Shown here in pieces: positions 1-13,830 of a stretch of DNA of 64,000 nucleotides. The position numbers were made by a program, and so were the translations under genes. The notes beneath the pieces were generated by a model that saw only the letters and a list, made by a program, of their open reading frames with translations, was not told the DNA's origin and made no database searches. The stretch comes from the human T2T-CHM13v2.0 reference genome, Homo sapiens: the NCBI RefSeq assembly GCF_009914755.1, contig NC_060947.1; one strand, written 5' to 3'. Positions within the stretch are counted from its first letter, which is position 1; the number at the start of each line of letters is the position of its first letter.

Positions 1-16
1 ACATTCAGACCATAGC

Positions 17-703
17 AAAAACAAAAAGAAAAAAACAACAGATGCTGGCGAGGTTGTGGAGAAAAAGGAACGCTTTTACACTGTTGGTGGGAGTGTAAAT
101 TACTTCAACAACTGTGGAAGACAGTGTGGTGAATCCTCAAAGACCTAGATCCAGCAATCCCATTACTGGGTATATACCCAAAGGAATATAAATCATTGTA
201 TTATAAAGACACATGCATGAGTATGTTCACTGCAGCACTATTCACAATAGCAAAGACATGGAATCAACCCAAATGCCCCTCAATGATAGACTGGATAAAG
301 AAAATGTGGTACATATACACCACAGAATACTATGCAGCTATTTAAAGGAATGAGGACATGTCCTTTGCAGGGACATGGATGGAGCTGGAAGTCATTATCC
401 TTAGCAAACTAACACAGGAACAGAAAACCAAATACTACATGTTCTCACTTATAAGTGGGAGCTGAATGATGAGAACACATGGACACATGGGAGGGAACAA
501 CACACGCTGGGGCTTGTTGGAGGGTAGGGACTGGGAGGAGGGAGAGCATCAGGAAAAACAGCTAATGCACACTGGGCTTACTACCTAGGTGATGGGGTGA
601 TCTGTGCAGCAAACCACAATGGCACGCATTTAGCTATGTGACAAACCTGCAGATCCTGCACATATACCCCTGAACTTTAAATAAAAGTTGAAAATAAAAA
701 AAA
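17..703 (+). mobile_element. L1 3' end (older primate L1PA/L1PB class)
   Basis: ORF2 C-terminal and 3' UTR motifs (cacaatagcaaagacatggaatcaaccc; tgttctcacttataagtgggagct) ending in AATAAA and an A-rich tail. Confidence 0.9.
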
Positions 704-1204
704 TACTGAAAAAAGTACATAACAGAATATCCAAGAACTGTAGGACCACTACAAAAGTTGGAAACATGTGTAATGGGAATACCTGGAAGGAGAAGAAAGA
801 AAGAAACAGAAGCAATATTTGAAGCAATAATGACTGAGAATTTCTCCGAAATTAATGTCAGACACCAAACCATAGATCCAGGAAGTTCAGAGAACACGAG
901 ACAGGATAAATGCCAAAAACCCCTTCAGCCTACGCATATCATATTCAAACTTAAGAAAATCAAAGAAAAAATCTTGAAAGAAACCACAAGGGAAACAAAC
1001 ACCTTACCTATAGAGGAGCACAAATAAACATTATATCCGACTTCTTTTCAGAAATTGTGCAAATAAAAAGTGGAATAAAATATTTACGGAGTTAAGAGAA
1101 AAAAAATCAACAACCTAGAATTCTGCACCCTGTGAAATCTGGATCTACATAAAGAAAGGAAGAGCATCAAAGAATGAAAAAGTGAATGTAAAATAAAAAC
1201 TTTT
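704..1204 (+). mobile_element. Old L1M fragment, ORF1 region
   Basis: ORF 758..1027 (GIP...EAIFEAIMTENFSE) resembles L1 ORF1p; caacctagaattctg motif. Confidence 0.8.
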
Positions 1205-2755
<1,551 letters not shown>

Positions 2756-4872
2756 TATGCATTTATGTATGCTTATGGACAAGTTAAATAAATGACAGCA
2801 ATGATACAAGAAATGGAAGGGGAGAATCAGGAGCATTTTGCTATTATAAGATACTTGCAGTACCCATGAAATGGTATAGTGTTATTTGAAAGTGGGGTTG
2901 AATTAATTGTAAATGTATATAATCTAGGGAAACCATTAAAAAATGTGAAAAAAAGTATAAATGATATGATAAAGGAGAAAAATGTGGAATAATATAATAT
3001 GTTCAATTAAAAATACAAAAGGCAGAACAATGGAGAAGACAAAAGAAACAAAAAACAAGGGTAACCAAAAGAAAACAGCAACAAACATGGTAGATATTTA
3101 TCCAACTATATCAATAATCAGTTAAAAAATTATTGATCTAAGTATGCCAATTAAAAGACAGATGTCAGTGTGGATTAAAAAATAAGACCCAACCATAGGT
3201 TGCCTACAAGAAATCTGCTTTAAATATAAGGGTGCATATAGATAAAAAGGAAAAAGATGGAGAAAGATATACCATTTTAACACTAATTAAAAGAAAGTGG
3301 AAGTGGCTATATTAATTTCAGACAGAGCTGATTTCAGAGCAATGAAATTTATCAGGGAGTAAGAGGAGCATTGCATACTATTGAAGGGGTTAATACTCCA
3401 AGAAGACATACCAATACTGTTTGTGAGCCTAATAACAGAGCATTAGAATACACAAGTGAATAACTGATACGACTGCAAGGAGAAATACATGAATCTACTA
3501 TTACAGTTGGAGAGTTTAGCTCCCTTCTATCAGAAATGGACAGATCCAGCAAACAGAAATCAGTAATGACACAGTTGAACTCAACACCACCATCAAACCA
3601 CTGTATATAATTACCATGTATAGACTATTTCATCTAATAAAAGCAGATTACACATTCTTCTCAAGCTCACATGGAAGTTTAACCAAGAGAGACCACATTA
3701 TGGGCCATAAAGCACACCTTAAAAAGTAAAAGAAGAGAAATTTTACAATGTATGTTCTCAGATCACAGTGGAACTAAATTAGAAATCAGTAACAGAAAGA
3801 TAGCTGGAAATTCCCCAAATACATGGAACTTGAATAGTATACTTATAAGTAACACATAGATTAAAAAAGAAATCTCAAGAAAAATTTACAAGTATTTTAA
3901 AATAAATGAAAATGAAAATACAAATTATTAAAATTTGTGAAATGCAGTGAAAGCAGTACTTACGTGGGCAATTTATAGCATTTAATCCATCTATTAGACA
4001 TAAAGAAAGTTCTAACACTAATAATCTAAGCTTTTACCTTAGGAAACTAAAACAAGAAGAACAAATTAAACAAATCCAAAGTAAGCAGACATTTTGTCAG
4101 TTTCTTACAAAACTAAACATACTCTTACCATACCATCCAGCAATCATGCTCCTTAGCATTTATCCAAATGAACTAAAAACTTGTGTCCACACAAAAATCT
4201 GCACATGGATGTTTACAGCAGCTTTATTCATAATTGCTAAAAGTTGGAAGCAATCAAGATGTCCTTCAGTAAGTGAATGGATAAATAAACTATGGTACAT
4301 CCAGACAATGGAATATTATTCAGTGCTAAAAAGAAATGAGCCATCAAGCCATGAAAAGACATGAAAGAAAATTAAATGCATATTACTAAGTGAAAAAAGC
4401 CAATCTGAAAAGGCTACATACTATAGGATTACAACTATATAATATTCTGGAAAAGACAAAACTTTTTACTGGAGATAGTAAAAAGATTAGTCATTGCCAG
4501 TGATTAGTGAGGAGGAAGGGATGAAAAGGTGGACCACAGAGGATTTTAGGGCAGTGAAACTATTCTGTATGATATTACAGTGATGGATACATACCATTTT
4601 AAATTTTTCAAAACCCAAAGAACATGCAAGACCAAGAATGAACCCTAATGTAAACTATAAACTTTAGGTAATGATGATATGTTAATGTAGGTTCATCAAT
4701 AGTAACAAATTATAATCAATTGTAACAAAATGTACCATTTTGGTGAAGGATGTTGATAGTGGGGGATACTGTGCTTTTATAGGGACAGAGATTATACGGA
4801 AACTCTCAACTTTCCGTACAATTTTGCTGTGAATGTAAACTGCTCTAAAAAAGAAACTTATTAATTTAAAAA
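2756..4872 (+). mobile_element. L1M (L1MC/L1MB-like): inter-ORF region, ORF2 endonuclease region, then ORF2 end and 3' UTR
   Basis: Degenerate endonuclease motifs (gacccaaccataggttgcctacaagaa; cacattcttctcaagctcacatggaa). Jumps near 4090 to the ORF2 C-terminus (ORF 4146..4364, MFTAALFIIAKSWKQ). Confidence 0.85.
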
Positions 4873-5369
4873 ATGAAGGAAACTTAGGTTATATGTAATT
4901 ATTTATGGTTTAGGTCACATTTTTCAAGTTCAAAAATCATAAAGCCTATTTCAAAATATTTAATCAGAAGATTTCATTCACTCAACAAACATTCATTTAG
5001 TACCTTTAGAATGAAAGGTAGAATGAAGTGGAAAGCAAAAAATTGTGTAAGGGTAGACATAAATTAGATAAAAAGGCAAGGCTTTTATTTTGAGCCGTCT
5101 CCTCAACCTTATTTTTAATGAGAACCAAATAATTATGGTGGGTTTTCCATAGGTATTAAAGAGGTCAATAACACTAGTTTCAATGTAGTCCAGGAAATAC
5201 AATTTAGAAAATCAAGTTTCAGGCTTATGACTATGGTTTAAAAAATATGATCCCACTAGTTTCTATTGTTTACATGCCAAATTAATGGAAACATTTGTAG
5301 TTTATACCTTTTTTGATTACTAACAGAACACAAAACCCAGAAAAAGAGACATTTTTAAAATGGATCAAA

Positions 5370-7799
5370 GCAGACTGGGCCGCAGGCCATGGGGCCCGCG
5401 CCCGCCTGGAGGGATGGGGCTGCCCAGCACCTAAGGGCTGGGCCTGCTGCGTTTCATGCCCCAGCAGCCGCGCCCCACATCCACGCTGGGATGGTGAACC
5501 TAGCAGCCATGGTGTGGCGCCGGCTTCTGCGGAAGAGGTGGGTTCTCGTCCTGGTCTTTGGGCTGTCGCTTGTCTACTTCCTCAGCACCACCTCCAGGCA
5601 GGAGGAGAGGGCAGTGAGAGAGAGGAATCCCCTGCAGGTTCAAGACCATGATCAGCCCATCCCGTGGAAAGTGTAGTTTAACTTGGGCAATAGCAGTCGT
5701 CCCAGCAATCAGTGCCACAACTCCATTCAAGGGAAACACCTCATCACGGATGAACTCAGCTACGTTTGTGAGAGGAAGGATTTGCTGGTGAATGGCTGCT
5801 GTAACGTCAACGTCCCTAGCACAAAGCAGTACTGCTGCGATGGCTGCTGGCCAAATGGCTGCTGAGTACTGTGTCTCCTGCTGCCTGCAGCCCAGCAAGC
5901 AACTTCTCCTGGAGCACTTCCTCAATCAAGCAGCTGTGGCATTCCAGAACCTCTCCATGGCAGTCAAAGATCACTTGGAATTGTGCCTGGTCAAATGCAG
6001 GACCTCATCCCAGAGACTGCAGCATGAGAACACCTACTGGGACCCCATAGCAAAGTACTCCTACTGAGAAAGCCTGCCAGAGCTCTTCCCTGCATGACAG
6101 GCCAGTGGACTTACTCCAGCCTGGGTGAGGAGGCCCCACTGAAGAACTCCCCTCCTGGGGCCCAGCTTCAGCACTCAGGCCAGGCCGTGGGAAGAAGACA
6201 AAGGCAGCGTTAGGAAACCTTGGCTTTGACCACTTCTTGTGTTGTCATCTTTGGCTTCATTCACGACCTGGGCTTACCAGATAGAACTCTTCTGTAAAGC
6301 AGCTTGGACCCTCCAGCTGGTCCCATTTGGGAAAGATGAAACCGCAGGCCAGGCTCATGGCAGTGTTGGCGTTCTTGCATGACTCCACCCTGAGACCTGC
6401 ACAGGGACCTGTGACTTGTGTTCGTTGGGGACTGGTGTCACTTCTAGGTTTGATCCAGGGCTTTTCACTGTAAAATTATTTATTGGATTCCTTTGGAGTA
6501 GTGGGAAAATTATAATGTTTTATGTAGGAAAATGCCTTGCCCTTCTAGTTGAATATGTTCAAGGAAATTATTTTTGTTGTTGTTCTGTGTTTTCAAGTTT
6601 CACGAGTTAAGTCATCCCTTCACCCAGATAAAATGTTTTGTCTTTTAGGACATGGATGTTCTCTCTAGGCAGTTATTTTTGTTTGTATTTCGACAGTATC
6701 AAGCGTAGGCCCTGAACATAACCTGTTAGCCATATCCTGATGTCTAAAATTATCTAAAAACTCAGACACTCTTCCATTCTAATCTAACTGCAAGATTTCT
6801 AGCAGTGGGCACTGTGTGTCCTCCCTCAGTTTCTTTTCTAGTGACAGTTGAATGTGCTCATATACCCTATGGAGAGCACTGTTTTAGTAGAAATCTAACT
6901 TCTCATCCTGGAGAAATTTTCTTTTGCCACTTAAAATTAACTGTGGGCTGCTAAGCCAGGGTACAATGGGAGCCTCAGGAAGATCAGAGGCAACTTCTTC
7001 TGTTCTGTCAATAGAAACCCAATGTTGAGGCAATTCCTAAACAGAGATGTACCTAACAGCTTGCTGTATGTGTTCATTCTTTATTGCTTTCAGCTTTGGG
7101 GGCGCAATAGGTATAAATGTTTAGTTTCCCTATTATTTGCAAGGAAGAAGAAGAAACCCAACTTATTAGAGTGCTGCAAGAGAAGAGTCTTACTCCTACC
7201 CTGAGTGGGAGATGAGAATGGTCATTATGGCTTAGAGAATGCTGCATGTGTAGGTTGCTGGTGTGCCCTGAATCCACGTGCATAAAGCACTCCCCATTTT
7301 TCTACTGTAATGCAGATTCTCTGATTCAAGGTCTAGCATATTTGATCCTAAGATCAAGACATCATTCCCTTTGAATAGTACTGCTCTTTGATTTCAGTAG
7401 TCACATTAACACAACTCTCCTATATTCCTTCACTAACCTCAGGATTGAGCAAGGTCTTTTTTATTTATTTTTTTTTGTTGAAATTATTGACCTGGGAGCA
7501 GGGTGCTAGTTCTATGGTCAGAATTCAATATTTTTTTTTTCAGTGGAGCTTTTTCTTTGGGCATATTTGTCTTCCAATACATTTCTGCAATATTTCCTTA
7601 ACTTCCTACTACTACCTCTTATACTCATCTCCCAAAATAATTTGCCTCCCTTAAATAAGTTTTCTTAGATGGTAAGTTGTCAGGCAATTTTAAAAATATT
7701 AGATCTCAAGAAATCTATTCCATTTGCATTAAACATTTCAGATTCTGTGTGTTTGCAGCAGGACTAAATCAAACTCTGACGTGAAAAAATAAAAATAAA
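5370..7799 (+). pseudogene. SPRING1: Processed pseudogene (retrocopy) of SPRING1/C12orf49; symbol given is the parent gene
   Basis: Intronless CDS remnant 5491-6097 ([19 protein letters not shown]...[10 protein letters not shown]...ELFPA*) broken by TAG at 5674-5676, a frameshifting deletion near 5863 and TGA at 6065-6067. GC-rich 5' UTR, ~1.7 kb 3' UTR, ACTAAA at 7763, A-tail 7784-7799, TSD AAAATGGATCAAA at 5357-5369 and 7800-7812 at a TT|AAAA L1 endonuclease site. Confidence 0.95.
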
Positions 7800-7938
7800 A
7801 AAATGGATCAAATTTACAATCTGTATATTAAATGTATAAGAAAGTTAAAAGGCAATTTGACAAAGATATGAATTTTCTTGATTACCTATAGGGAAGAACT
7901 TTGGGTAGGAGAAAGTAAAAGAAAAGTGATAGAAATTA

Positions 7939-8268
<330 letters not shown>

Positions 8269-8349
8269 TTATCTAAAGGAATTTCAAAGAGAAGACTCAT
8301 CCTCTACATAATGAATGGAAAGAACTTGTGCATTACCAAGATGAAATAT

Positions 8350-8810
8350 TGCTGTGGTTTGGTTATGATTTATTTTTCTTCAGCAAAATGCATATTGAAA
8401 TTTTATCCCTAATGTGGTGGTGTTGGGCCTAGTGGGAGGTGTTTGGGTCATAAGGGTGGATCCCTCATGAATAGATTAATGCCCTCCCTGGGAAGGGGGG
8501 TGCATTCTCACTCTATTAGTTGTTAAAAAGAGCCTGGCCGGGCTTGGTGGCTCATGCTTGTGATCCCAGCACTTTGGGAGGCCGAGGCTGGTGGGTCACG
8601 AGGTCAGGAGATTGAGACCATTCTGGCCAACATGAAACCCCGTCTCTACTAAAAATACAAAAATTAGCTGGGTGTGGTGGCATGTGCCTGTAATCCCAGC
8701 TACTCGGGAGGCTGAGGCAGGAGAATCACTTGAACCAGGGAGTCAGAGGTTGCAGTGAGCCAAGATCGCGCCACAGCACACCAGCCTGGTGACAGTGGGA
8801 GACTCCATAT

Positions 8811-8847
<37 letters not shown>

Positions 8848-9078
8848 CCTGACACCTCCCCTCTCCTCTTGCTTCCTCTCTCACCATATGATCTCTGCCT
8901 ACACTGGCTCCCCTTCACCTTCTGCCATGAGTGGAAGCAGCTTGAGGCTCTTACCAGATGCAAATACTCAATCTTGAATTTTCCAGCCTTCGGAATTGTA
9001 AGTCAAATAAACCTTTTTTCTTTATAAATTACTTAGTCTTAGGTATTCCTTTATAGCAACATAAAATGGACTAAGACA
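8350..9078 (+). mobile_element. MaLR solo LTR (MST family) interrupted by an Alu
   Basis: TG...CA ends (tgctgtggtttgg ... atggactaagaca), AATAAA at ~9006, near-TSD AATAT/AGTAT. Confidence 0.85.
8536..8846 (+). mobile_element. Alu (AluSc-like) nested in the MST LTR
   Basis: Alu consensus, ~35-A tail, TSD aaaaagagcct/aaaaaaagcct. Confidence 0.95.
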
Positions 9079-10999
9079 AGTATATACAAAAAAAAAAAAA
9101 ATCCACATTAGCGTGAAAACATTCTGTACTCCTAAAAGGAAGCTGCCTTTAGAGAGGTGCTGGGTTTAATTCAACTCCTTGAACATGGGGGTTTTCCTAA
9201 AACTAGTATGTACTGATGTAGGCTGCTGTGGTCAGATGGTCTATCCAAAGCAGAAAGTGGCAACGTAATATGAAGGGTTCTGGTTAGAAGTATCTTCTAC
9301 TAGTGTTGTTGAGGTGTTCTTAGCATCCACATTTGTTTTCTGCGGATGGCCATGCAATGATCCTGATACAGCAGTTTTAAAACTTGCATTTTAGTTTTAA
9401 AGACTTATAAAAAGATCTTTGGCATGACATATTCATTTTATGATTGGTTTTATTATTAATTTTAATTCTTGTTGTTATGCAGATTTTGTGTCTCTTGGAT
9501 TCCAAGCACTCCAAATAATATCTATCCTTGCCATCTCTTCCAGTGGCTGGGATACTTTTCATCAGACAAGCACTAACAACCACAACATCAAAAGAAGATA
9601 CTATGAGTGAAGATGATTTTTATATACAAAACTCTATAGAAAAAGGCATATTAACTATCTGCCAAACAGAGGAAGAAATATTTGGTTTGCTTGCAGGGTG
9701 AGTACCAAGGACAGCATCTTGAGCTGGAGTTTGGCTGAATAGTACACAGGTTACTCTGTAAATCAAGTGACTCCTACAGATTAACAATTATTAATTTCTG
9801 TTTTGGTTTGCATGTTTGTCCTCTGGCAGTCCACATGGCTCAATACAAAATAGTGATATTTCATTTTCCTCCTTTTATTTCTTCTTGTACTGCAGGCCAG
9901 TAATTATGCTCATGTTCTACATGTCACACGGAGATACATGGAAGAGAAAAGGGCAGAGATCTAGGAGAATGATTAGAGGCGTATTCTCCAGTTTAAATGT
10001 AAAAATATTTTCCCTCTGAGAAAATGAGGAGGAGAGACTGTTTTTGTCCTGGGGGAAAGGGCATGCTGATGAGCAGTGATGGATACCTGCAGCAAAGTGG
10101 GAGCAGATAATAATCTTCTCAGTTTGGACCTGTCACCAAGTGAAAGAATGTGATCACCTGTAATGCTACTGAGGGGACCTTACCTACAAAATATATTTCC
10201 CACTCTCTGAAATGAGGGGTTTTTGTCATTTTAATGAGGACACCAAGTCTTTCCTTTCACAGACTTAATATTAATTGGGCCCATTTCTGAAGCTGAAGTT
10301 CTTTGTACATTGCCAGAACATTGAAAAGTTCAATATTACCTTTTAATAATATGTTTGAGTAGGTGAATCCATCAGTCCTGATACTAAAGAGCATAGTACA
10401 GTGAATGTATTCATATCCTGCCATCATTAGTTCTTGGCTTCTCCTTTTTGGCTATTTCCTATGTGGGGAAAATGTTTCTCTTTATGACAATTGTTCCTCA
10501 GATCTGAAGGCTGCCAGTTCATCATGGCAATATGAAAGTATGAAGGCAGCTGTGAACTCCTCTTTTTAGCGGAGCCACTAACAGCAAAATCCCAGACATG
10601 TTTCTGTACAACAAAAGATCAAAAATGATTTTGTGCCATTAAAAAATTAGTGCCTGAGTCTCTTCAATGGTACAAAGAAAACAAGAAAAAAAAATTAGTA
10701 GAAGTAAATTCAGGGAGTCAGCCACCCTTTTAAAGCTTAATTACAGGAGATGCTAAAAATGTTACAAAATTATGGAAGGAAGAATGGGTAACATTTCTCT
10801 CAAGGCTAATAAGAAAGTTTGAGCTGAGGTGATTCACAAAGGGAAAAAGCTAAAAAGAACAAAGAGTGGGAAGAAAGAGCAGGAAATGATATGAATAAGA
10901 CCTATTGGGGTGGCTGCAGGTCAGCTCAGGCAAAAAATCTCAAGTGGGTTTCCTGACCTCACAATGCCTTGCTTTCCCTTGCCTCTACAGGTTATTGTC

Positions 11000-12350
11000 A
11001 CCATTCCAACCAGGCTTCTGTCAGCATGGATGCACCTGGAACCTCATTGTTACCCCTCTTACATCTCTAAATTCCCATCTCAAACACAGAATCCTCATCT
11101 ACCATTTTCCTCACTGCCTCTCATCACCCCAAGACTGCTCTCTTTCCTTGCTGGGATCTTTAATCTCACGGAGTGGCCAAGTTCACTAAGCTAGTTCATT
11201 AGCTGCTTTCTGGCTGAATAGATCCCAGTGCAACCTCCTCAGTGCCTTGTATTGCTTCAGCTTCCTGAAAACCTCTGGCCAGGCTTACCATGCCAATCCC
11301 CAACTCACAGTCACTTGACTCCACTCTCTCTTATCCTGGGCCACAGAGAACTCTTATAGGAAGTTGCAGAGCTAGGCAGCTACATCAATACACACTCATG
11401 TTGGCCCTTGCTGATGGGTCTCTCACCTCTCACTGATTTCTTCCTTCCATACTGCCCATAGCATTTATTCCAAATCGGTTCCCTTCTCCTCGTGGTCTCA
11501 TTTCCAAATCATTTTTGTGATGAATAAACAATCTCTTAGTATATGGAGAAGCCTGGGCTACCTATATTCTTTCAGCTTCCCCTCTCTTGTCTCAGAGAAA
11601 GAGGGCTCTCTCCTCTCTAAAGTAAACGCTACTTGAATATGGATCCCTTCCCTTTCTTCTTTCAAAGATTCCACTTCCATAGTATTCTTTTATTTTCTAG
11701 CATCTTCAATCTCATACTCTCCATTGCCTCCTTCCTTTTTATTGAACAACAACAACAACAACAAAAACCCTTAACTTTATCGATTCTAGTTGCCATTTAT
11801 AATATCCATATTTCCTTTTGCTTAGTACCCAACTTCTTGATCTATGGTCTTTGTTTACTTTATTTTACTAATGTCATGTATTCTGGCCCCTACCTCTATC
11901 ACTCTACTAAAATAGCTCTTGCCCAGCATTGTTTCTCTCAATTCCGATTTTCTTTGTAACATCTGTTAATGTCAATGACTACTTACTTCTATAAAAACTT
12001 TTCTTGGTTTCCACAACCCAATTCGTTTCTAGTTTTCTTCCAGCCTCTCAGAACTGCTTTTTTCTAACTCCTCTGCAAACTCCTCTTTCTTTCCTTCTCC
12101 CTTATTGTGGATAGTCCCCCAAATTCTGTATCCAACCTTTTGCTCTTCTTTCACTTGTCTTTCATATTCATTTAATAATTTTCTCAGGGCTTCAGCCGAT
12201 ACCTCTACACTACCATCTACTATTCCTTCTAGTTTCTTCAACTCTAATTTGAATACAAACCCCTTCTGCCCATTTCTCAATGATCTACTATCTGCAGTTC
12301 ATCTCATCATATTCCGCAAATCAGTCCCATCCATCAGTCCATTTCTGTCA
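11000..12350 (+). mobile_element. Highly degraded L2 body (approximate limits)
   Basis: CT-rich sequence with L2-like motifs (cactctactaaaatagctct; ttcttggtttccacaac; gttttcttccagcctctc). Confidence 0.5.
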
Positions 12351-12357
12351 GTTCTAC

Positions 12358-12798
12358 TGTTATGGTTTGAATTGTGTCCTCTCAAAAAAGATATGTTGAA
12401 GCTCTCAGAATCTGGCTTATTTGGAAACAGGTTCTTTACGAGGTAGTCAAATTACAATGAGGTCATTATGATGGGTCCTAACTTGATATGATTGGTATCC
12501 TTATTGACAGAGGAAATTTGGACATAGAAACAGGCATGCACACAGGGAGAACACCATGTAAACATGAAGACAGAGATTGGGATGATGCATCTACCAGACA
12601 AGGAACATCAAAGATTGCTGGAAAATGACCAGAAACTAGGAGACAGGAATGCAATAGATTCTCCCTCACAAGGAACTAACCCTACTGAAATCTTGATCTC
12701 AGACTTCTAGCTTCCAGAACTGTGAGACAATACATTTCCGTCATTTAAGCCACCCACTTTGTGGTACTTTGTTATGACATCTCTAGTGAACCAATACA
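12358..12798 (+). mobile_element. MaLR LTR (MLT1B/C-like)
   Basis: tgttatggtttgaattgtgtcc ... cttctagcttccagaactgtgagacaataca ... gaaccaataca. Confidence 0.85.
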
Positions 12799-13651
12799 AT
12801 CAACAGGTCTCCAGTCTCTCAGACTAGAAAACACAGACTCATTCCTGGCTTTTTCCTTTTCTTAATCATCTGTATCCAATCTGGCACTAAAGACTTAGGT
12901 ATATTCCTCGAAAATGACTCCTAGCATCTTTAATCTCATTCAATCCATTGCCTCCTTTTCTTCTACCATTTTTGTCTCAGTTCCTCTTGCCTTCACTCCG
13001 GTCCCACCCTTCAGCATTTTACATCTCACTTCCTGTAAAAGTATCTGGTTAGACTCTCTTAATTGAAGATTATCTTTTAAAATGTATAATTCATGTTGCT
13101 TTCATCATATTAGCGCCACAGACAAGATGTGCTTATAGTGGCATATTGCTTACTATGCGAAATCTAAGGTTGGCATACATAGCCCTCCATAATTTGGACC
13201 CATCTACTCTACTCAGTCTTTTGTCCCCTATATACATCATGCTTATTTCCCACTTTGAGCCCCGACCCTTTTACTCCCTCCCTTCCCCCCACCATCAAGA
13301 TGCTTTCTTATCTTCCTATCATCTAAATCTGTTCATCTTTCAAGGCCCTGATCAATTTTTCACTGACTGTGACAACTCTGGCCCACACCTGATATCTCTT
13401 GCCCTGCTGCATTCTAATCAGTACCTTCCATGTTAGCAGCAAGTGGTATTTCTAAAATTTTGTGTGGATTTACACATATTTATATCTCTATCTCCATCAG
13501 CTTATAGGACATAGTGCTTGTTAATTAATTGGCCAAACTCTTGAAGTGGAAATAATGGAAAATAAGAGGTGGGGAAGGAAGAAGGAGATTAGATTAATAT
13601 TAAGGGAACAGAAAACTTTGGCCAGAACAATGAAGGAGAATTAGTCTAAGT

Positions 13652-13830
13652 CCATGTTTTCCAAATGTGCTTCCTGGACCACCAGCATCGAAATCATTTA
13701 GGATGGCTGATAAAATGCAGATTCCTCAGCCCTATTACAGACCTATTGGATCAGATTCTGCAGCTTAGACATCTGAATTTGTAAAGGTAACCCAAATGAT
13801 TCTTCAGTATACCAAGTCTGAGAACCACTA
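13652..13830. mobile_element. MER5A-like hAT-Charlie MITE
   Basis: Core aaaatgcagattcct, end gagaaccacta, perfect 8-bp TSD GTCTAAGT at 13644-13651 and 13831-13838. Confidence 0.85.
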
